64,000 nucleotides of DNA, from the NCBI GenBank assembly GCA_032718475.1, contig JAUCBJ010001179.1, positions 1 through 64,000 on the forward strand. The letters run 5' to 3'. The DNA is from Nemertoderma westbladi (Eukaryota; Animalia; Xenacoelomorpha). The notes beneath the pieces were generated by a model, which saw only the letters and a program-made list of their open reading frames with translations, ran no database searches and was not told the origin of the DNA. Made by a program: the position numbers and the translations under genes. Positions 12,669 through 24,195 of the stretch are shown here, piece by piece. Positions within the stretch are counted from its first letter, which is position 1; each line of letters opens with the position of its first letter.

Positions 12669-12878
12669 TTGAAGAGTGCAGTAATTAGAATCGCAGTAAC
12701 TATGGAAGCAATATAAAATACTAGGCCTACTGTTCAATTTATTTTATAACGCTCTATAATCTTTTATTAAATAATTGAGCAATAAATAAGTACAGTAGTG
12801 TTACAAAATAAATTGAACTGTAGTATTTTACTATATTGCTTCCATAGTTACTGCAATTCAATTTACTGTACTCTTCAA
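12669..12878. mobile_element. ~210-bp palindromic MITE-like element
   Basis: Left arm TTGAAGAGTGCAGTAA...GCAGTAACTATGGAAGCAATATA...GTTCAATTTATTTTATAAC pairs with right arm GTTACAAAATAAATTGAAC...TATATTGCTTCCATAGTTACTGC...TTACTGTACTCTTCAA (~80-bp imperfect arms). Confidence 0.7.
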
Positions 12879-13517
12879 CTCCTGATACCGCCTTTCTCAA
12901 TGTTAAATAAATTAGTGTTATCGAATATTTATTACGTAACTAGAGAGCCTCTTAACAATATAAACTAATATTGGATATGGAGTTCCGTTATGGAATTCGC
13001 CTTGCAGACACTAAATTTGCAATAACTTTTGAGTGTTTAAATGGATTTTGCTCAAATTACTTGCAAACCTTTTCTACTTCAGTGCCCTTTTAATACTTGC
13101 AACAAAATATAACAAATTCCACAAATGATTTTATTTTACATTTTTCGCTGTGAAAAACTAAAATCAATGCAATGATACTTTTTTTCCCTATAGGAAAAAA
13201 GTGCAACTTTTTCTCCCGATATTGGGGTAAATTCAAGTGAAAATGTAACAATTTAAGAATAAAAACTGTAAGGTTTTCGTATCCACGGAATCGACCTAAA
13301 TTGAACTAAAATCAGCCAGATGTCCGTCCATTAACTACATATATTTTTTAATAATCGGTATGAAATAATTACAAAAGTTAATAAAGCTAACAAAATAATA
13401 AATATACAAACTAGATAAATAAATACTGTATCACAACACAATTCCGCCTCTTTCTTCAAGTCTTGCTGTTTATGGTAACCAGCTGACGGCGGCCAGACAA
13501 TTCTTAGGTAACCATAA

Positions 13518-13785
13518 TTAGCTCCGGACCAACAACCTAACAGTTCCTCTTAGTCTCTTCAACAATCGGACCACTTTATCATGGCCCATCCCGTGTAGAC
13601 TCTTCCCGTTAACCGCGAGTATCTGGTTCCCCCGTCTCAATCTACCGTCGTCCACTGCCGCCCCCTTCGCGTAGACTGTCTTTACGTAGATAGGGAGGTT
13701 ACCATGGGGACTGCCGTAACCGCCCACAATAGAGAATCCCAGACCCTGGGAACCCCGCTGGAGAGTTACCGTGGTAACCAAATCA
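13518..13785 (-). CDS. MPDZ: Terminal exon encoding the C-terminal PDZ domain of an MPDZ/MUPP1-family protein, copy 1 (intact)
   Basis: Acceptor TTTTATTTTCAG|T GAT TTG GTT. The peptide TVTLQRGSQGLGFSIVGGYGSPHGNLPIYVKTVYAKGAAVDDGRLRRGNQILAVNG...GTVRLLVRS* closely matches the last PDZ of MPDZ, which also ends at the stop. There is no ATG; the ORF track used a TTG start. Confidence 0.8.
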
Positions 13786-13973
13786 CTGAAAATAAAAGTT
13801 CGTTAGATTATATTTGATTAACGAAAAGTACCGAACCTAAAAGGTTATTCTAGAACACCGACCCTGGGAATTGTATAATAATAAAATAATATAATAATAT
13901 ACATTGACTTTATCTAGTTCAGTTAGTTAATCTCAATCACAAAATAATAATATACACACTCATAATGAATTAC

Positions 13974-14054
13974 CTTTGTAACAATAATTGTCTGTCCCAA
14001 CTCTTTAATATTATTAAATTGCAAATGGCCGGCCGGTAATTCTTGTAAGGAATC
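13974..14054 (-). CDS. Candidate 81-nt penultimate exon (also at 41925-42005 and 63781-63861)
   Basis: Flanked by TTCTCCAG| and AG|GTAATT, and open in the phase that joins the PDZ exon (IPYKNYRPAICNLIILKSWDRQLLLQS-DLV). No homology recognised. Confidence 0.25.
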
Positions 14055-14623
14055 CTGGAGAATGGACGGCTTCTTTATAATAATGCAGATACTATTCGTG
14101 AATAAAAACCAAACTGAACTCTAAGTAATAAGTTAAACCAGACCACCGAACGAATTATTACAACAAAGCGAAAGTGTTAAAAGTTTAAAGAAAGTTTAAA
14201 GTGATAGAATTTGTGCGGAGCTATATTAATATATTTTCGTTGTCTATAACACAACAAAGGTAACAAGTGTCTGGCCATTGACCTACATTGGAACTCACAA
14301 CCAACCAACCCACCCACACAATGAACGAAGCAGAGTACGTTGTATGTCAGCCCGCCAGGCTGGCGCCTCCTACAACACACACAGCTCAGCAGCCACCTTG
14401 TCAATATTGGTTGTAAAATTCTGTTGTAAATATTTTCGAAGTCAATAAATAATTACACTTGAAATGCACTATAGAGGGGTGGGGAGGTGTTAGCGATGTC
14501 GCCCGGTGATTCTGAGCGTTTTTGGTGATCATTTCGTTAAAACATATTTTTTAAGCTCTATCTCGTGGTGTCGGTTAGAACGCGCGAAAATGAAAATCGA
14601 TGCCCATTTTTGAAAAAAATCGG

Positions 14624-15927
14624 AAGTTATTTCGCAAAATTATGGCTAATTTTGGGAAGGGCTTTTGTGTTGGCAATTTATTATTTAATGCAGTTGAATA
14701 TTTGGCTGATGTTAAGTTCATGAACCCGGGCAATTAAATTTAAATGACAAGTTATTTCGCAAAATTATGGCTAATTTTGGGAAGGGCTTTTGTGTTGGCA
14801 ATTTATTATTTAATGCAGTTGAATATTTGGCTGATGTTAAGTTCATGAACCCGGGCAATTAAATTTAAATGACAAGTTATTTCGCAAAATTATGGCTAAT
14901 TTTGGGAAGGGCTTTTGTGTTGGCAATTTATTATTTAATGCAGTTGAATATTTGGCTGATGTTAAGTTCATGAACCCGGGCAATTAAATTTAAATGACAA
15001 GTTATTTCGCAAAATTATGGCTAATTTTGGGAAGGGCTTTTGTGTTGGCAATTTATTATTTAATGCAGTTGAATATTTGGCTGATGTTAAGTTCATGAAC
15101 CCGGGCAATTAAATTTAAATGACAAGTTATTTCGCAAAATTATGGCTAATTTTGGGAAGGGCTTTTGTGTTGGCAATTTATTATTTAATGCAGTTGAATA
15201 TTTGGCTGATGTTAAGTTCATGAACCCGGGCAATTAAATTTAAATGACAAGTTATTTCGCAAAATTATGGCTAATTTTGGGAAGGGCTTTTGTGTTGGCA
15301 ATTTATTATTTAATGCAGTTGAATATTTGGCTGATGTTAAGTTCATGAACCCGGGCAATTAAATTTAAATGACAAGTTATTTCGCAAAATTATGGCTAAT
15401 TTTGGGAAGGGCTTTTGTGTTGGCAATTTATTATTTAATGCAGTTGAATATTTGGCTGATGTTAAGTTCATGAACCCGGGCAATTAAATTTAAATGACAA
15501 GTTATTTCGCAAAATTATGGCTAATTTTGGGAAGGGCTTTTGTGTTGGCAATTTATTATTTAATGCAGTTGAATATTTGGCTGATGTTAAGTTCATGAAC
15601 CCGGGCAATTAAATTTAAATGACAAGTTATTTCGCAAAATTATGGCTAATTTTGGGAAGGGCTTTTGTGTTGGCAATTTATTATTTAATGCAGTTGAATA
15701 TTTGGCTGATGTTAAGTTCATGAACCCGGGCAATTAAATTTAAATGACAAGTTATTTCGCAAAATTATGGCTAATTTTGGGAAGGGCTTTTGTGTTGGCA
15801 ATTTATTATTTAATGCAGTTGAATATTTGGCTGATGTTAAGTTCATGAACCCGGGCAATTAAATTTAAATGACAAGTTATTTCGCAAAATTATGGCTAAT
15901 TTTGGGAAGGGCTTTTGTGTTGGCAAT
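14624..15927. repeat. 125-bp satellite array, unit 1 (~10.4 copies; TTCGC/ATGCAG variant)
   Basis: TATGGCTAAT recurs every 125 bp from 14641 to 15891. Confidence 0.97.
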
Positions 15928-15965
15928 CCAATTTAAATGAAAGGTGTTCTTCGGATAATTTGAAT

Positions 15966-16179
15966 TAATAACGAGTGCCTTACATAACGGCGCAGTGCAC
16001 TTAATAACGAGTGCCCTACATAACGGCGCAGTGCACTTAATAACGAATGCCCTACATAACGGCACAGTGCACTTTATAACGACGCAGTGCACTTCATAAA
16101 GGTGTAGTGCACTTCATAATGGTGTAGTGCACTTCATAAAGGTGTTAGTAGTGCACTTCATAACGATGCAGTGCACTTA
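15966..16179. repeat. 36-bp GTGCAC-containing minisatellite decaying into ~21-bp subrepeats, unit 1
   Basis: AATAACGAGTGCCCTACATAACGGCGCAGTGCACTT repeats, followed by GTGCACTTCATAA... repeats. Confidence 0.9.
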
Positions 16180-16448
16180 ATGTTATATGCTATAGTATAT
16201 GCTATGCGATATGCTATATGCTATATGCTATATATGCATATGCTATGCTATGCTATGCTATATGCTATGCTATGCTATGCTATGCTATGCTATGCTATGC
16301 TATGCTATGCTATGCTATGCTATGCTATGCTATGCTATGCTATGCTATGCTATGCTATGCTATGCTATGCTATGCTATGCTATGCTATGCTATGCTATGC
16401 TATGCTATGCTATGCTATGCTATGATAGGCTATGTTATGCTATGCTAT
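16180..16448. repeat. (ATGCT)n microsatellite, unit 1
   Basis: Pure pentamer run preceded by ATATGCT variants. Confidence 0.97.
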
Positions 16449-17018
16449 GTTTGTCAAAATGTCATTTTGACATGTAATTTTGAAAAAATGTCATTTTTAA
16501 ACTGACATTTGACATTTTGACATGTCATTTTGCCAAAATGTCATTTCAAATTGACATTTTGACATGTCATTTTGCCAAAATGTCATTTTTAAATTGACAT
16601 TTTGACATGTCATTTTGCCAAAATGTCATTTTTAAATTGACATTTGACATTTTGACATGTCATTTTGTCAAAATATCACTTTCGAATTGACATTTTGACA
16701 TGTAATTTTGCCAAAATGTCAATGTGTCAATATGTCACTTTCAAATTGACAGTTTGACATGTCATTTTGTCAAATGTCACTTTCAAATTGACATTTTGAC
16801 ATGTCATTTTGCCAAAATGTCACTTTCGAATTGACATTTTGACATGTCATTTTGCCAAAATGTCAATGTGTCAATATGTCACTTTCAAATTGACAGTTTG
16901 ACATGTCATTTTGTCAAATGTCACTTTAAAATTGACATTTTGACATGTTATTTTGCCAAAATGTCATTTTCAAGTTGACATTTTGACTTGTCATTTTGCC
17001 AAAATGTCACTTTGTCAC
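16449..17018. repeat. ~43-bp palindrome-rich satellite, unit 1
   Basis: Monomer AAATTGACATTTTGACATGTCATTTTGCCAAAATGTCA(C/T)TTT(C/G). Confidence 0.93.
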
Positions 17019-20000
17019 TAAAGTTGCGTTTTCCCAGGCAGTTTAGTACTTTAAAGTTGCGTTTTCCCAAGCAGTTTCGCAGTACTTTGTGAAGTTGCAT
17101 TTTCCCAAGCAGTTTAGAACTTTAAAGTTGCGTTTTCCCAGACAGTTTAGTACTTTAAAGTTACGTTTTCCCAGACAGTTTAGTACTTTAAAGTTGCGTT
17201 TTCCCAAGCAGTTTAGTACTTTAAAGTTGCGTTTTCCCAAGCAGTTTAGTACTTTAAAGTTGCGTTTTCCCAAGCAGTTTCGCAGTAATTTTGTGAAGTT
17301 GCATTTTCCCAAGCAGTTTAGAACTTTAAAGTTGCGTTTTCCCAGACAGTTTAGTACTTTAAAGTTGCGTTTTCCCAGGCAGTTTAGTACTTTAAAGTTA
17401 CGTTTTCCCAGACAGTTTAGTACTTTAAATTTGCGTTTTCCCAAGCAGTTTAGTACTTTAAAGTTGCGTTTTCCCAGACAGTTTAGTACTTTAAAGTTGC
17501 GTTTTCGCAGACAGTTTAGTACTTTAAAGTTACGTTTTCACAAGCAGTTTAGTACTTTAAAGTTGCGTTTTCCCTAGCAGTTTCGCAGTAATTTTATGAA
17601 GTTGCATTTTCCCAAGCAGTTTAGAACTTAAAAGTTGCATTTTCCCAGACAGTTTAGTACTTTAAAGTGCGTTTTCGCAGTCAGTTTCGCAGTACTTTGT
17701 GAAGTTGCGTTTTCCCAAGCAGTTTAGTACTTTAAAGTTGCGTTTTCCCAAGCAGTTTAGTACTTTAAAGTTGCGTTTTCCCAAGCAGTTTAGTACTTTA
17801 AAGTTGCGTTTTCCCAAGCAGTTTCGCAGTACTTTGTGAAGTTGCATTTTCCCAAGCAGTTTAGAACTTTAAAGTTGCGTTTTCCCAGACAGTTTAGTAC
17901 TTTAAAGTTGCGTTTTCCCAGACAGTTTAGTACTTTAAAGTTGCGTTTTCCCAAGCAGTTTTGCAGTACTTTGTGAAGATGCGTTTTCCCAGACAGTTTA
18001 GTACTTTAAAGTTGCGTTTTCCCAAGCAGTTTAGTACTTTAAAGTTGCGTTTTCCCAAGCAGTTTCGCAGTACTTTGTGAAGTTGCATTTTCCCAAGCAG
18101 TTTAGAACTTTAAAGTTGCGTTTTCCCAAGCAGTTTCGCAGTACTTTGTGAAGTTGCATTTTCCCAAGCAGTTTAGAACTTTAAAGTTTCGTTTTCCCAG
18201 ACAGTTTAGTACTTTAAAGTTGCGTTTTCCCAAGCAGTTTAGTACTTTAAAGTTGCGTTTCCCAAGCAGTTTCGCAGTACTTTGTGAAGTTGCATTTTCC
18301 CAAGCAGTTTAGAACTTTAAAGTTGCGTTTTCCCAAGCAGTTTAGTACTTTAAAGTTGCGTTTTCTCAAGCAGTTTCGCAGTACTTTGTGAAGTTGCATT
18401 TTCCCAAGCAGTTTAGAACTTTAAAGTTGCGTTTTCCCAGAAGGTTTAGTAGTTTAAAGTTGCGTTTTCCCAGACAGTTTTGTACTTTAAAGTTGTGTTT
18501 TCCCAGGCAGTTTAGTACTTTAAAGTTACGTTTTCACAAGCAGTTTAGTACTTTAAAGTTGCGTTTTCCCTAGCAGTTTCGCAGTAATTTTATGAAGTTG
18601 CATTTTCCCAAGCAGTTTAGAACTTAAAAGTTGCATTTTCCCAGACAGTTTAGTACTTTAAAGTGCGTTTTCGCAGTCAGTTTCGCAGTACTTTGTGAAG
18701 TTGCGTTTTCCCAAGCAGTTTAGTACTTTAAAGTTGCGTTTTCCCAAGCAGTTTAGTACTTTAAAGTTGCGTTTTCCCAAGCAGTTTCGCAGTACTTTGT
18801 GAAGTTGCATTTTCCCAAGCAGTTTAGAACTTTAAAGTTGCGTTTTCCCAGACAGTTTAGTACTTTAAAGTTGCGTTTTCCCAGACAGTTTAGTACTTTA
18901 AAGTTGCGTTTTCCCAGGCAGTTTAGTACTTTAAAGTTGCGTTTTCCCAGACAGTTTAGTACTTTAAAGTTGCGTTTTCCCAGACAGTTTAGTACTTTAA
19001 ATTTGCGTTTTCCCAGGCAGTTTAGTACTTTAAAGTTGCGTTTTCCCAGACAGTTTAGTACTTTAAAGTTGCGTTTTCCCAGACAGTTTAGTACTTTAAA
19101 GTTGCGTTTTCCCAGACAGTTTAGTACTTTAAAGTTGCGTTTTCCCAGGCAGTTTAGTACTTTAAAGTTGCGTTTTCCCAGACAGTTTAGTACTTTAAAG
19201 TTGCGTTTTCCCAGACAGTTTAGTACTTTAAAGTTGCGTTTTCCCAGGCAGTTTAGTACTTTAAAGTTGCGTTTTCCCAGACAGTTTAGTACTTTAAAGT
19301 TGCGTTTTCCCAAGCAGTTTCGCAGTACTTTGTGAAGTTGCATTTTCCCAAGCAGTTTAGAACTTTAAAGTTGCGTTTTCCCAGACAGTTTAGTACTTTA
19401 AAGTTGCGTTTTCCCAGACAGTTTAGTACTTTAAAGTTGCGTTTTCCCAGGCAGTTTAGTACTTTAAAGTTGCGTTTTCCCAGACAGTTTAGTACTTTAA
19501 AGTTGCGTTTTCCCAGACAGTTTAGTACTTTAAAGTTGCGTTTTCCTAGACAGTTTAGTACTTTAAAGTTGCGTATTCCCAAGCAGTTTAGTACTTTAAA
19601 GTTGCGTTTTCCCAAGCAGTTTCGCAGTACTTTGTGAAGTTGCATTTTCCCAAGCAGTTTAGAACTTTAAAGTTGCGTTTTCCCAGACAGTTTAGTACTT
19701 TAAAGTTGCGTTTTCCCAGACAGTTTAGTACTTTAAAGTTGCGTTTTCCCAGGCAGTTTAGTACTTTAAAGTTGCGTTTTCCCAGACAGTTTAGTACTTT
19801 AAAGTTGCGTTTTCCCAGACAGTTTAGTACTTTAAAGTTGCGTTTTCCCAAGCAGTTTAGTACTTTAAAGTTGCGTTTTCCCAAGCAGTTTCGCAGTACT
19901 TTGTGAAGTTGCATTTTCCCAAGCAGTTTAGAACTTTAAAGTTGCGTTTTCCCAGACAGTTTAGTACTTTAAAGTTGCGTTTTCCCAGACAGTTTAGTAC

Positions 20001-20867
20001 TTTAAAGTTGCGTTTTCCCAGGCAGTTTAGTACTTTAAAGTTGCGTTTTCCCAGACAGTTTAGTACTTTAAAGTTGCGTTTTCCCAGACAGTTTAGTACT
20101 TTAAAGTTGCGTTTTCCCAGACAGTTTAGTACTTTAAAGTTGCGTTTTCCCAGACAGTTTAGTACTTTAAAGTTGCGTTTTCCCAGACAGTTTAGTACTT
20201 TAAAGTTGCGTTTTCCCAGGCAGTTTAGTACTTTAAAGTTGCGTTTTCCCAGACAGTTTAGTACTTTAAAGTTGCGTTTTCCCAGACAGTTTAGTACTTT
20301 AAAGTTGCGTTTTCCCAGGCAGTTTAGTACTTTAAAGTTGCGTTTTCCCAGACAGTTTAGTACTTTAAAGTTGCGTTTTCCCAGGCAGTTTAGTACTTTA
20401 AAGTTGCGTTTTCCCAGACAGTTTAGTACTTTAAAGTTGCGTTTTCCCAGACAGTTTAGTACTTTAAAGTTGCGTTTTCCCAGACAGTTTAGTACTTTAA
20501 AGTTGCGTTTTCCCAGACAGTTTAGAACTTTAAAGTTGCGTTTTCCCAGACAGTTTAGTACTCTAAAGTTGCGTTTTCCCAAGCAGTTTAGTACTTTAAA
20601 GTTGCGTTTTCCCAAGCAGTTTCGCAGTACTTTGCTGAAGTTGCATTTTCCCAAGCAGTTTAGAACTTTAAAGTTGCGTTTTCCCAGACAGTTTAGTACT
20701 TTAAAGTTGCGTTTTCCCAGACAGTTTAGTACTTTAAAGTTGCGTTTTCCCAAGCAGTTTCACAGTACTTTGTGAAGTTTCATTATCCCAAGCAGTTTAG
20801 AACTTTAAAGTTGCGTTTTCCCAGACAGTTTAGAACTTTAAAGTTGCGTTTTCCCAGGCAGTTTAGT
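17019..20867. repeat. 33-bp satellite with interspersed ~38-bp variant, found only in unit 1 (~3.85 kb)
   Basis: Monomer AAAGTTGCGTTTTCCCAGACAGTTTAGTACTTT; the variant carries ...CAGTTTCGCAGTACTTTGTGAAGTTGCATTTT. Confidence 0.97.
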
Positions 20868-22164
20868 CGTTTTTTGATATTTGACGAGATTTAAAGTATT
20901 TTTTATTGAAAAAGCAGACATAACTATTCCCAGTCCGTTTCTGTAACATTTAGAGAAAAGGTAACTTGTGATACTTCTTTTAGTGTTAAATTAACAGCAG
21001 ATTCCAAATTCAGTAACCGTTTTTACATATGATTTGTAGTTCTCGCGATATTTGGGTTCAAACACAACGTTTTTTGATATTTTACGAGATTTAAAGTATT
21101 TTTTATTGAAAAAGCAGACATAACTATTCCCAGTCCGTTTCTGTAACATTTAGAGAAAAGTTAACTTGTGATACTTCTTTTAGTGTTAAATTAACAGCAG
21201 ATTCCAAATACAGTAACCGTTTTTACATATGATTTGTAGTTCTCGCGATATTTGGGTTCAAACACAACGTTTTTTGATATTTTACGAGATTTAAAGTATT
21301 TTTTATTGAAAAAGCAGACATAACTATTCCCAGTCCGTTTCTGTAACATTTAGAGAAAAGTTAACTTGTGATACTTCTTTTAGTGTTAAATTAACAGCAG
21401 ATTCCAAATACAGTAACCGTTTTTACATATGATTTGTAGTTCTCGCGATATTTGGGTTCAAACACAACGTTTTTTGATATTTTACGAGATTTAAAGTATT
21501 TTTTATTGAAAAAGCAGACATAACTATTCCCAGTCCGTTTCTGTAACATTTAGAGAAAAGTTAACTTGTGATACTTCTTTTAGTGTTAAATTAACAGCAG
21601 ATTCCAAATACAGTAACCGTTTTTACATATGATTTGTAGTTCTCGCGATATTTGGGTTCAAACACAACGTTTTTTGATATTTTACGAGATTTAAAGTATT
21701 TTTTATTGAAAAAGCAGACATAACTATTCCCAGTCCGTTTCTGTAACATTTAGAGAAAAGGTAACTTGTGATACTTCTTTTAGTGTTAAATTAACAGCAG
21801 ATTCCAAATACAGTAACCGTTTTTACATATGATTTGTAGTTCTCGCGATATTTCGGTTCAAACACAACGTTTTTTGATATTTTACGAGATTTAAAGTATT
21901 TTTTATTGAAAAAGCAGACATAACTATTCCCTGTCCGTTTCTGTAACATTTAGAGAAAAGGTAACTTGTGATACTTCTTTTAGTGTTAAATTAACAGCAG
22001 ATTCCAAATACAGTAACCGTTTTTACATATGATTTGTAGTTCTCGCGATATTTGGGTTCAAACACAACGTTTTTTGATATTTTACGAGATTTAAAGTATT
22101 TTTTATTGAAAAAGCAGACATAACTATTCCCAGTCCGTTTCTGTAACATTTAGAGAAAAGGTAA
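20868..22164. repeat. 200-bp satellite array, unit 1 (~6.5 copies)
   Basis: CTGTAACATT recurs at 20941, 21141, 21341 and so on, with a period of exactly 200. Confidence 0.97.
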
Positions 22165-22955
22165 CTACTGTTCAATTTATTTTATAACGCTCTATAATCT
22201 TTTATTAAATAATTGAGCAATAAATAAGTACAGTAGTGTTACAAAATAAATTGAACTGTAGTATTTTACTATATTGCTTCCATAGTTACTGCAATTCAAT
22301 TTACTGTACTCTTCAACTCCTGATACCGCCTTTCTCAATGTTAAATAAATTAGTGTTATCGAATATTTATTACGTAACTAGAGAGCCTCTTAACAATATA
22401 AACTAATATTGGATATGGAGTTCCGTTATGGAATTCGCCTTGCAGACACTAAATTTGCAATAACTTTTGAGTGTTTAAATGGATTTTGCTCAAATTACTT
22501 GCAAACCTTTTCTACTTCAGTGCCCTTTTAATACTTGCAACAAAATATAACAAATTCCACAAATGATTTTATTTTACATTTTTCGCTGTGAAAAACTAAA
22601 ATCAATGCAATGATACTTTTTTTCCCTATAGGAAAAAAGTGCAACTTTTTCTCCCGATATTGGGGTAAATTCAAGTGAAAATGTAACAATTTAAGAATAA
22701 AAACTGTAAGGTTTTCGTATCCACGGAATCGACCTAAATTGAACTAAAATCAGCCAGATGTCCGTCCATTAACTACATATATTTTTTAATAATCGGTATG
22801 AAATAATTACAAAAGTTAATAAAGCTAACAAAATAATAAATATACAAACTAGATAAATAAATACTGTATCACAACACAATTCCGCCTCTTTCTTCAAGTC
22901 TTGCTGTTTATGGTAACCAGCTGACGGCGGCCAGACAATTCTTAGGTAACCATAA

Positions 22956-23075
22956 TTAGCTCCGGACCAACAACCTAACAGTTCCTCTTAGTCTCTTCAA
23001 CAATCGGACCACTTTATCATGGCCCATCCCGTGTAGACTCTTCCCGTTAACCGCGAGTATCTGGTTCCCCCGTCT
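22956..23075 (-). pseudogene. MPDZ-like terminal exon, copy 2, 5'-truncated and fused to the 125-bp satellite
   Basis: Matches copy 1 from the stop to ...CCCCCGTCT (23075), then runs into GGAACCCGGG of the satellite. The GLGF loop and splice acceptor are lost. Confidence 0.88.
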
Positions 23076-23076
23076 G

Positions 23077-24160
23077 GAACCCGGGCAATTAAATTTAAAT
23101 GACAAGTTATTTGACAAAATTATGGCTAATTTTGGGAAGGGCTTTTGTGTTGGCAATTTATTATTTAATACAGTTGAATATTTGGCTGATGTTAAGTTCA
23201 TGAACCCGGGCAATTAAATTTAAATGACAAGTTATTTGACAAAATTATGGCTAATTTTGGGAAGGGCTTTTGTGTTGGCAATTTATTATTTAATACAGTT
23301 GAATATTTGGCTGATGTTAAGTTCATGAACCCGGGCAATTAAATTTAAATGACAAGTTATTTGACAAAATTATGGCTAATTTTGGGAAGGGCTTTTGTGT
23401 TGGCAATTTATTATTTAATACAGTTGAATATTTGGCTGATGTTAAGTTCATGAACCCGGGCAATTAAATTTAAATGACAAGTTATTTGACAAAATTATGG
23501 CTAATTTTGGGAAGGGCTTTTGTGTTGGCAATTTATTATTTAATACAGTTGAATATTTGGCTGATGTTAAGTTCATGAACCCGGGCAATTAAATTTAAAT
23601 GACAAGTTATTTGACAAAATTATGGCTAATTTTGGGAAGGGCTTTTGTGTTGGCAATTTATTATTTAATACAGTTGAATATTTGGCTGATGTTAAGTTCA
23701 TGAACCCGGGCAATTAAATTTAAATGACAAGTTATTTGACAAAATTATGGCTAATTTTGGGAAGGGCTTTTGTGTTGGCAATTTATTATTTAATACAGTT
23801 GAATATTTGGCTGATGTTAAGTTCATGAACCCGGGCAATTAAATTTAAATGACAAGTTATTTGACAAAATTATGGCTAATTTTGGGAAGGGCTTTTGTGT
23901 TGGCAATTTATTATTTAATACAGTTGAATATTTGGCTGATGTTAAGTTCATGAACCCGGGCAATTAAATTTAAATGACAAGTTATTTGGGTAAATTATGG
24001 CTAATTTTGGGAAGGGCTTTTGTGTTGGCAATTTATTATTTAATACAATTGAATATTTGGCTGACTCGAAGGTCATTAACCCAGACAATTAAATTAAAGT
24101 TACAAGTTATTTCGGTAAATTATGGCTAATTTTGGGAAGGGCTTTTGGAATGGCAATTAA
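23077..24160. repeat. 125-bp satellite array, unit 2 (~8.6 copies; TTGAC/ATACAG variant; last monomers diverged)
   Basis: Period 125 from 23121 to 24121. Confidence 0.95.
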
Positions 24161-24195
24161 ATTGAAATGAAAGGTGTTCTTAGGATAATTTGAAT

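Noticed and set aside
14177-14404. 75-aa Cys-rich minus-strand ORF, repeated at 42128-42352
   Set aside because: TTG start and no recognisable homology; its recurrence is explained by the segmental duplication.
17043-20775. Long ORFs with 11-aa repeats on both strands (LKLRFPRQFST / LGKRNFKVLNC)
   Set aside because: A by-product of a 33-bp (multiple of 3) satellite; frames break at the 38-bp variants and there is no unique coding flank.
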